From IMG/VR virus record IMGVR_UViG_3300037634_007228, positions 19,138 to 83,137 of that record: a stretch of 64,000 nt of DNA; one strand, written 5' to 3'. This document shows, piece after piece, positions 57,429 to 64,000 of this stretch (within the stretch, counting starts at the first letter, position 1; every line of letters starts with the position of its first letter). The translations under genes were made by a program, and so were the position numbers. Origin of the DNA: a virus. Taxonomy: Duplodnaviria > Caudoviricetes. Below the pieces are notes generated by a model, which was not told the DNA's origin, searched no databases, and saw only the letters and a program-made list of their open reading frames with translations.

Positions 57429-58211
57429 CTAACTCAAAAACCTAAAATTACCAAACTTGGATTCTCTTGCAGACAAAACCATCAAATCTTTATTAACTTG
57501 GTACGCGGGATCAAAAACTCGAAATGTTTGCCAATCGCCAAACATCTGCTGAGTAATGGAGTTAAATCGTTGATGGATGTTGTGTTTATGTATCAAAGCC
57601 GAGAGAATTGTTTGGTCCATCCTGTGTTCTATACAGGGAGAGCTTCTGCCATCAGGGTATTGAGTGGTGGGCGAGAGACAAATATCTGGGTTTAAACCAT
57701 ATTCATACATCTCCGCAACAAACTGTAAGTTAAAAACTGTATTTTCGTAAACTTGAAATCCCGCCCAATATTGTGGCATTATTGAAGCGGCGGTGCAGTT
57801 CATCGCCTTTAAACTCTTCTTGGTACTCCAAAACTGATTTATAAGTTTGGGGGAAGTATATGGTAAAAACAACCTTCCCCCATCCGTATAGGCTTTGTAA
57901 TCAGTGAACTTTTTGATAAAACAATTAGTTGAATCCGAATAGATCAAAGATCCAAAATTGTGAAGGCAATCTTTTATCGCATAAATTTTATAAAAAAAAC
58001 CAGTGGGATAATGAGCGTGGTCGCAGACTTTGGGTATTTCAATAATTTCAACAGTATCAGACGTGTTGTCTTTTATTTTCTCTATGTCTTCGTCAGCACA
58101 ATCAAAAATATATACATAAGCGCTTTTCCCACAAGAATTGATTTCGTAGCTCTTGATAAGATTAATTACGTTATTTATGTACTTCCTGTTTGTAACCGTG
58201 CAAAGGTTCAT
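57429..58211 (-). CDS. Putative GT-A glycosyltransferase (DUF1647-like)
   Basis: F.YKIYAI, LIYSDS, EHRMDQTILS motif. Confidence 0.5.
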   Translation of the reverse strand: MNLCTVTNRKYINNVINLIKSYEINSCGKSAYVYIFDCADEDIEKIKDNTSDTVEIIEIPKVCDHAHYPTGFFYKIYAIKDCLHNFGSLIYSDSTNCFIKKFTDYKAYTDGGRLFLPYTSPKLINQFWSTKKSLKAMNCTAASIMPQYWAGFQVYENTVFNLQFVAEMYEYGLNPDICLSPTTQYPDGRSSPCIEHRMDQTILSALIHKHNIHQRFNSITQQMFGDWQTFRVFDPAYQVNKDLMVLSARESKFGNFRFLS

Positions 58212-60202
58212 GCCGGCGGTTGTGTATTAAACTTTGTTAAAAACTTTTGAAAAATTTCCCTTTCATGCTCGCGTTTCCACGAATTGTTTTCAGGGTTGGT
58301 TGACATCCCCTTGGGATTAAAGTAATATAAGCCAAGCGGCTCACTATACTTCTTATAGGTGGAATCATTAAACGCACAGCGTAACCAGAAATCCCAATCA
58401 CCCGCAGACTTATATTTCTGATCAAACCAGCCATTTTTCACATGGATTTCTCTCCTCCACATGGGCATACAATGGGGAGGGTTGCCGCGAAGCATTGCCT
58501 CTACAGAAAAATCTTCGGCTGGGTAAGTTTGACCATTTGCTGTGTTGTTTTCAAAAGTTTCATGCGGCTTCTGAGTTAACAAGTTTTCGGTATATACACA
58601 ATCTACATCGGGGTGCAAATATAAGAACTTTGCTAACTTTTCCGCGAATTCGGGAGATTTTCGATCGTCCAAATTGGCATTCGAAACAAACCCTCCCGTA
58701 CTTTCTTTAATTGCCAGATTCCATGCATCATAAATACCGGGATCTTCATCCAGCTTAATGTACTTGATGTTATCAGGGTATTTTTCAAGCCAAGGCTGGA
58801 TTAACTTCTCTTCATTCTCCTGTGAATTACAATTTACTAGAACCAACTCACATTTTTCTTCGAAAATGGTTTGAGAGGTAATATCTTTCATAAACCCCTC
58901 GACAAATTGTTCATCATTATAAATTGAAGTAACAAAGGAAATTTTAGGAAGTTTTTTAATTGGCACCGCGTCAAAATCTATTTTGACTACGCGGTCGCCG
59001 TAGACGAGTTCAACAAATTCTTCATATGCAGACTCTTCAGTAAAATTCTCCAAAATCCACTTGCTCAATTTTTTAGCCATTCCCTTATAAATGGGATGTT
59101 CATTTTTCATCTTACGAAGCGCCATTTTATACGAACCTTCTTTGGCAAACGCCCACTGGGATTCTTTTTCGATGACGCCATCCCAAACTGCTTCTTTCTG
59201 TACTGGCAGCAGATCATAATCTACTTTCAAAAAATGACTTTTTAATTTTTTCTTGCTCGACTTGGTCTTTTCGGGTCTATAAAGAAAATCACATTGTCCC
59301 GACCAGCCAAGTGTAATAATAGGCAAACCAGCAATAGCAGCGTCAAACAAAGGAAGACCAAAGCCTTCGCCATGAGAAATACTCACGAACGCTTTAATTT
59401 TTTTGTGTCTGTAAAGCCCCTGCATCTCTTGCTCGGTCATATAACCATGAAGGAGTGTTACAGAACATTTGCGGTCCTTATAGGGGGCAAGGAGGGATTG
59501 CAAACGCCTTTCTGTGTGGTCTCTGTCAATGATACAGTTCTTGATCCAATTTGTTTTGAGAACAAGCCCAACCTCACGATCAATATTTTCCTCTACAAAC
59601 CACTTAACAGTATTTTCAAGGTTTTTTCTTATTCCCCACTGACTCACCACAAGAAAATTAAAATCGTGTTTCAGATCTAATTTTAACTCTGATGGATTCT
59701 GTTCCCTAGCAGGAAAGTTGATCACATGACAAGGCTTCGTCAGTTTAAACGGAAATTTGTTGCCATTCTGATCTTGAGCTTGCACAACTGTGCTTTCAAA
59801 AATATTCTTTGAATGATTACTAACCACAATAAGCTTGTCCACAAACTCATGAGTTTTTTGTAACCACACTGGGGAAACCTTAGTAGTTTCAATGCCTGCG
59901 GTATAACCAATATTTATAGGAGCCATTTTTTCAAATTCGTTGGGAATGGTAACCTGTAAAGATAGATCAAACTGGGGATTGCCAGCCTGAAAATATTTGC
60001 CTGTTTTCTGGATAGTTCTAATAATCCAAGCTCTTTCTTCGTCATCATCCACAGTGTGGTTGGATTTCCCCCACTCCAAGTTTATAAGGTAAATATCAAA
60101 TAAATCCTCCCTTGATTTAAGCGCTCTCAGGGCGAAACGGGTCTGCTCTCCATATCCTGTTTGTGATAAGGCTGGACCCTTTACAACAATTTTCTTTTTC
60201 AT
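58208..60202 (-). CDS. Bifunctional glycosyltransferase: N-terminal GT4 (GT-B) + C-terminal GT2 (GT-A)
   Basis: GPALSQTGYG, HGEGFGLPLFDA..AGLPII. Then ISFVTSIYN, LVLVNC, GIYDAWN.AIK...G.FV..AN.DD, GDWDFWLR. Probable start at 60202. Confidence 0.85.
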   Translation of the reverse strand: MKKKIVVKGPALSQTGYGEQTRFALRALKSREDLFDIYLINLEWGKSNHTVDDDEERAWIIRTIQKTGKYFQAGNPQFDLSLQVTIPNEFEKMAPINIGYTAGIETTKVSPVWLQKTHEFVDKLIVVSNHSKNIFESTVVQAQDQNGNKFPFKLTKPCHVINFPAREQNPSELKLDLKHDFNFLVVSQWGIRKNLENTVKWFVEENIDREVGLVLKTNWIKNCIIDRDHTERRLQSLLAPYKDRKCSVTLLHGYMTEQEMQGLYRHKKIKAFVSISHGEGFGLPLFDAAIAGLPIITLGWSGQCDFLYRPEKTKSSKKKLKSHFLKVDYDLLPVQKEAVWDGVIEKESQWAFAKEGSYKMALRKMKNEHPIYKGMAKKLSKWILENFTEESAYEEFVELVYGDRVVKIDFDAVPIKKLPKISFVTSIYNDEQFVEGFMKDITSQTIFEEKCELVLVNCNSQENEEKLIQPWLEKYPDNIKYIKLDEDPGIYDAWNLAIKESTGGFVSNANLDDRKSPEFAEKLAKFLYLHPDVDCVYTENLLTQKPHETFENNTANGQTYPAEDFSVEAMLRGNPPHCMPMWRREIHVKNGWFDQKYKSAGDWDFWLRCAFNDSTYKKYSEPLGLYYFNPKGMSTNPENNSWKREHEREIFQKFLTKFNTQPPA

Positions 60203-61452
60203 AATTGAATCTGCTCCCATGAAGTGTAGTTTTTGCGGGTATCCCAAGAACCGTTTTCAGTAATGACTTCGTCCGCGAACTCGACCCAACTTTTTTCGAA
60301 CGCTTCATATGAATAATTTTTTGCGACGTGCTGTCTTCCGAGTTCGCCGAGTTTGCGGCGTTGTTTGTGAGTTTTTTCATACATTTCAACGAGCGCATTT
60401 ACAAAATCATCTTCATTTAATCTGTCTTCACGAATAAAAGGAATCTCCTGTGAGCCAATAATTGCTTTGGAGGTTGGCTCAAGTCCTATACCAAACCACT
60501 TCTTGCCATCGGTTACCTGTTCTTGCAAACCACCCGTCATATTAACAATAATAGGGGTTCCGCAGGACAGTGATTCAAGAGTTGACAAGCCGAAGCCTTC
60601 GGCATCAGATATATTTACTGTCACATCAACCGAACCATATAGCGCAGCCAAGCCCTCTGGTGGTAATTTGTGGCGACTAAACTTTACTTGACCGTCACTT
60701 AAGCCCAAATGTTCAATAATTGCATCTAAATCTTGACCGTGTTTATCCTTGGTATCCGTGTGCATAATCAATACGGCTTTGTCTTCGCCGATGCGATCTA
60801 AAAACTTTTTAAACCAGAAAATTAACGACCCCGATTGTTTGCGGCGGGCGTTCCGGTTATTCCAAAACACAGTAAATTTATCCTCATCATCACCAAAATT
60901 TTCCGCTCTAAACTTTTTACGATTCTCATCCGTCATGGGCTGAAAAATAGCCGGGACGGCATGGGGAATATGACGTGTTTTCTTTTCGGGAACCACAGTT
61001 CTCACAATGTCATCCGTTACCTTACTAATGGTTGCAATTGCATCATTAGAATTATAAAATTTCTTATTAAAATGAGGATAGGGATAGTTGTCCCACACAT
61101 GATAATATATTATAGGACAATGTGCGCGAATTTCTTCTTCAATCTCCCACAACCATCCCCAAAATCTAGGGTCGGTCATGATCCACACCGCGTCAGGTCG
61201 CTCAATCCAAAGAAATTCACGAACTCGTTGCTGATCACCATATCCCTTGACCGGGAAAACAATAAGATCGTCGCCCCATTCTTCAGTTTTTAATGGGCGA
61301 TTGTCGGCGTGTTCCATTGCGCCGCCGAGGCACAGAAATTTATATCTTCCTGTTTTAAGAAGCGCCTCGATAAAATATTTTGTTTGAGTGCCAACACCTG
61401 AAGGGGACATTGGGTGATCTGATAAGACCAAAATCTTTTTCTTTTCTGTCAT
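60199..61452 (-). CDS. GT4-family glycosyltransferase
   Basis: ILVLSDHP..PSGVGTQ, RHIPHAV, WNNRNARRKQ, DAEGFGLSTLESLSCGTPII..TGGL.EQV. Confidence 0.88.
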   Translation of the reverse strand: MTEKKKILVLSDHPMSPSGVGTQTKYFIEALLKTGRYKFLCLGGAMEHADNRPLKTEEWGDDLIVFPVKGYGDQQRVREFLWIERPDAVWIMTDPRFWGWLWEIEEEIRAHCPIIYYHVWDNYPYPHFNKKFYNSNDAIATISKVTDDIVRTVVPEKKTRHIPHAVPAIFQPMTDENRKKFRAENFGDDEDKFTVFWNNRNARRKQSGSLIFWFKKFLDRIGEDKAVLIMHTDTKDKHGQDLDAIIEHLGLSDGQVKFSRHKLPPEGLAALYGSVDVTVNISDAEGFGLSTLESLSCGTPIIVNMTGGLQEQVTDGKKWFGIGLEPTSKAIIGSQEIPFIREDRLNEDDFVNALVEMYEKTHKQRRKLGELGRQHVAKNYSYEAFEKSWVEFADEVITENGSWDTRKNYTSWEQIQL

Positions 61453-61459
61453 TTTTTAC

Positions 61460-62242
61460 CTATGGACAATGTTGTGTTTTTTTGAACTCACACCTCCCAC
61501 AAGATAGGCGGTTTTTGACGTGGTTCTTTGTATGTATATTATAAAGGGCTTTTTTCAATAAGTTAAGCGCATTTTGTGTTTTTCTTGAACCAGAAGTGAC
61601 GCGGAAGATTTCGACTTTCTGTCCAACCTTCTGCGTGCGCTTTAAAAGAGCAAAGTGGGTTTCAACCATTGATGGATCAACTCCCATCTTCTGCGCCCAA
61701 TAATGTTTATAGAGAGTAAGCTGATAAGTTACCATCCGGCTTGAGCGCTTTTTTGCGTCCCAGCCCCAAGAACAAGATTTATAATCAATGACATGGTATT
61801 TGCCATCGGGAGTTTGGATGATCAGATCGATGTAACCCTTGAACTTATAATCAATCTCGGTGAACTCACCAATCTTTTCCATCAAGGTTTCTTCGGCTTT
61901 GATGAACTTGAATCCTTCCCCAAAGTATGAATCAAACGCTGCGTCCAGTTCGGCGCAGATTCCAATGCCCTGATCATAAAAATCTTTGATATCCTTTTCT
62001 TTTAAAACCGTTCCACCCTTCTCTAGAGATTTCAATTCTTTACGAAGAACTTCTCCAAAGAAAAAAGCCTTGTCCAGTTCTCGGTCGGACTCAAAATACT
62101 TTTCACAAACCGAATGAATCGCCATACCGAATGCAGTAAAAATATTTCCCTTGAACTTCCTGATTTTGTCCTCGTACATAAGCTTACGAGCAAAAGGACA
62201 AAAATCCCACTTAGACAGTTCCGAATACGAAATGTGAGCCAT
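61460..62242 (-). CDS. PD-(D/E)XK nuclease, Cas4/AddB-like with 4-Cys Fe-S staple
   Basis: SYS.L..W..CP, G.AIH, KGYIDLI, VIDYKS, QL.LY, C-terminal CGRCEFKKTQHC. Confidence 0.85.
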   Translation of the reverse strand: MAHISYSELSKWDFCPFARKLMYEDKIRKFKGNIFTAFGMAIHSVCEKYFESDRELDKAFFFGEVLRKELKSLEKGGTVLKEKDIKDFYDQGIGICAELDAAFDSYFGEGFKFIKAEETLMEKIGEFTEIDYKFKGYIDLIIQTPDGKYHVIDYKSCSWGWDAKKRSSRMVTYQLTLYKHYWAQKMGVDPSMVETHFALLKRTQKVGQKVEIFRVTSGSRKTQNALNLLKKALYNIHTKNHVKNRLSCGRCEFKKTQHCP

Positions 62243-62270
62243 AGCCCCCCCTTTATTTGTTTTACACTAT

Positions 62271-62299
62271 ATTATCTCACGAACGTGAGGATTAGTCAA
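62271..62299 (-). promoter_or_regulatory. Sigma70-type promoter with a palindromic spacer
   Basis: TTGACT - 17 bp - GATAAT on the minus strand, ~30 nt upstream of ATG 62242. Contains CTCACG-AA-CGTGAG (62276-62289). Confidence 0.6.
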
Positions 62300-62558
62300 G
62301 CTTTTTTATGTTGTGGTCGGCATCGTTGATGCCCTCTGAATAACCACGAAGAAAATTCTCTTGGGCTACAACTAATAGAAACTCTGGAAACTCATCGGCG
62401 AAAATCTTTACCACGTCTTCGACTGTGACTTCGGGAGTTGTAGGGTGTAACTGTTCACCCACATAATTTATGATCAGTTCTTTTAGTTTGGTGTCGTTCT
62501 TTACTAAATAAAATTTAGGATCTTCTTTATCAAACTCTTTTTCTGTTTTAGTCTTCAT
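62292..62558 (-). CDS. Hypothetical protein
   Basis: Probable start at 62558 after AAGGA. Sequence LKELIINYVGE...FADEFPEFLLVVAQENFLRGY. Co-oriented with phoH. Confidence 0.6.
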   Translation of the reverse strand: MKTKTEKEFDKEDPKFYLVKNDTKLKELIINYVGEQLHPTTPEVTVEDVVKIFADEFPEFLLVVAQENFLRGYSEGINDADHNIKKLD

Positions 62559-62565
62559 CTTTTCC

Positions 62566-63891
62566 TTATAAAACCTTGGCGGCGAGTGTAGCCACCTTTG
62601 AACGTTCACCCTTTATTAGCTGAATATGTCCTGATAATTCATAGGGCTTCAGTCTTTCAAATGCGTGTGTTAAACCGTTGGAGCGAGAATCTAGATAAAT
62701 ATTGTCAATTTGTTCAATATCTCCAGTTAACACAATTTTTGTGTTCTCACCGACTCTGGTTATTATAGTCTTTAATTCGTGTGCTGTTAAGTTCTGGGCT
62801 TCATCAATGATAATGAAAGCATTACTTATTGAACGACCGCGAATATAAGTGATCGCTTCTATATCAATGATACCCTTTGAAAAATACAAAGCCATCGCCT
62901 CTTTATCGTCATTCATAAGAAACTGAAGATTATCTTTAATGGGGGCAATCCAAGGAGACATCTTGTCTTCCATTGTTCCCGGTAAATATCCAAGGTCTTT
63001 TCCCATTGGTTGAATGGGGCGTGATATCAAAAGCTTTTTATACCTCGGATTAAACTTGCCAGACAGGTCTATTGTCTGATTGAGACCGGCAGCGACTGCC
63101 AGCAGAGTTTTACCGCAGCCTGCCTGACCAACAAGAGACACTACTTGAATATTGGGGTCCATCAAAAGATTTAGAGCGAACGTTTGTTCTTTATTCCTTG
63201 GTTGTACGTTCCACGCGGCAAGGCGCTGGTCGCCGACGCGACGGAGTGGTTTGTTGTGGTTTAAGAACGAAGCGAGCGCAGTTTTCTTTTCGTTGGAAGA
63301 CGAAACCAACATTACAAACTGATTCGGAAAAAACTCGCCCTTCTCTTGTTCAATGAAAATATCTTCACCCGAATAAAACTGGTCTATTGTCTCATCGTCC
63401 ACTAAATGTTTTGTAAAACCAGAATAAAACGCTGCCTTTTCTTTTATTACTTGGTTCTCGTTGTAATCTTGACAATCTAAGCCGATTGCATCACATCGGA
63501 CACGGAGATTGATATCCAAGGAAACGATTACAACCTTGCGAGGTGGAGCGGCTTTTTGTTCACCAAGCGCAGCAGCGATGATAATATTGTCCGCATCGCG
63601 ACGTTCCATTGTAGGTGGAAGCAAAGATGTATCACTGGAAACTGCCCTGATGATTCCAAGACCTTTACCAATACGAACGCCTTTGTGAAGATTGCCTCTT
63701 GCTCTAAGCTCATCCAAAAGACGGATAGCGTGGCGAGCATTTGCTCCCACACCGTCTTGTCTCTTTTTGTGTTTGTCTATTTCTTCCAATACTTTGATAG
63801 GAAGGATGATATCGTTTCTGCCAAACTTTTTGAAGCAATGTGCATCTGTTAGGTAGACGTTTGTGTCTAAGACATAAGATTTCTTTGCCAT
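62566..63891 (-). CDS. phoH: PIN-domain PhoH-family protein (PhoH2/YlaK-like)
   Basis: PIN motifs YVLDTNV, VLEEIDK, DNII, SLDINLR. PhoH motifs PRNKEQ, GQAGCGKT, GYLPG, YIRGRS, IIIDEAQN, LTGD..QID. Confidence 0.92.
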   Translation of the reverse strand: MAKKSYVLDTNVYLTDAHCFKKFGRNDIILPIKVLEEIDKHKKRQDGVGANARHAIRLLDELRARGNLHKGVRIGKGLGIIRAVSSDTSLLPPTMERRDADNIIIAAALGEQKAAPPRKVVIVSLDINLRVRCDAIGLDCQDYNENQVIKEKAAFYSGFTKHLVDDETIDQFYSGEDIFIEQEKGEFFPNQFVMLVSSSNEKKTALASFLNHNKPLRRVGDQRLAAWNVQPRNKEQTFALNLLMDPNIQVVSLVGQAGCGKTLLAVAAGLNQTIDLSGKFNPRYKKLLISRPIQPMGKDLGYLPGTMEDKMSPWIAPIKDNLQFLMNDDKEAMALYFSKGIIDIEAITYIRGRSISNAFIIIDEAQNLTAHELKTIITRVGENTKIVLTGDIEQIDNIYLDSRSNGLTHAFERLKPYELSGHIQLIKGERSKVATLAAKVL

Positions 63892-63896
63892 TACTA

Positions 63897-63903
63897 TAAA
63901 TAG
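63897..63903 (-). promoter_or_regulatory. Candidate phage late promoter CTATTTA
   Basis: Intergenic, 5 nt upstream of the phoH ATG and just downstream of a terminator. Confidence 0.55.
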
Positions 63904-63913
63904 TCTCCAAACG

Positions 63914-63938
63914 AAAGAAGGGGGGCATTACGCCCCCC
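63914..63938 (-). terminator. Rho-independent terminator
   Basis: Minus strand GGGGGGC-GTAAT-GCCCCCC followed by TTCTTT. Confidence 0.75.
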
Positions 63939-64000
63939 CTCATAGCTCTATTCTTTTTTTCTCTGCTTCTTACTTCTTCGTGCTAGACACGTCTTCGGGT

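Noticed and set aside
38789-61452. Island as an ordinary bacterial LPS/capsule locus
   Set aside because: It is joined by overlapping genes to phage sigma, baseplate and phoH genes and lacks membrane export and polymerisation genes. A chimeric assembly cannot be fully excluded without reads.
61460-62242. Cas4-like gene as part of a CRISPR-Cas locus
   Set aside because: No repeat-spacer array and no cas1, cas2 or effector gene is visible. Solo Cas4-like nucleases are common in phages.
247-63852. The many plus-strand ORFs and short nested minus-strand ORFs in the track
   Set aside because: They lie antisense to or inside well-supported genes, show no recognisable motifs, and the window is otherwise uniformly minus-strand coded.
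62566-63891. PIN domain as a toxin-antitoxin toxin
   Set aside because: It is fused to PhoH in the usual PhoH2/YlaK architecture, and no antitoxin-like gene is evident upstream.
63948-63998. Basic C-terminal fragment PKTCLARRSKKQRKKE* before the terminator (possibly a small basic protein such as bS21)
   Set aside because: Only 16 codons are visible and other frames are also possible, so no product can be supported.
1-64000. tRNAs, introns, inteins, diversity-generating retroelement, alternative genetic code
   Set aside because: Intergenic gaps are too short for RNA genes, and the enzymes have normal lengths with no intein motifs. No reverse transcriptase was seen, and long ORFs are intact in the standard code.

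Overview
A 64 kb segment of a large myovirus-type bacteriophage genome. It is very gene-dense, uses the standard genetic code, and every credible gene lies on the minus strand. In transcription order (right to left) it contains: (1) a PIN-PhoH gene and a Cas4-like PD-(D/E)XK nuclease. (2) A 28-gene, ~22.7 kb glycan-synthesis island (38789-61452) with glycosyltransferases (GT4, GT4-GT2 fusion, GT47-like, GT25, GT10, GT9-like and others), an ADP-heptose module, Ugd, RmlB, a GDP-mannose 3,5-epimerase-like enzyme, a nucleotidyltransferase-RpiB fusion, KdsC, WavE, four methyltransferases and NadE. I see no flippase, polymerase, ligase or exporter in it. (3) A phage sigma factor. (4) A ~31 kb baseplate/virion module with gp5-like spike genes, gp25, gp6, a 2854-aa LamG-containing gp7-like protein and paralogous pairs. 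(5) RuvC, primase and a fused Mre11-Rad50 (SbcD-SbcC). (6) Small membrane and putative head-internal proteins. The main hypothesis is a phage-encoded cytoplasmic virion-glycosylation system. The island sits next to the structural genes, and five baseplate proteins are strongly enriched in a hydrophobic-[S/T]-[G/A/S]-S motif that could be the acceptor sequon. All calls come from motif recognition and hand counts; no database searches were run. I recognised no tRNA, rRNA, CRISPR array, intein or integrase.
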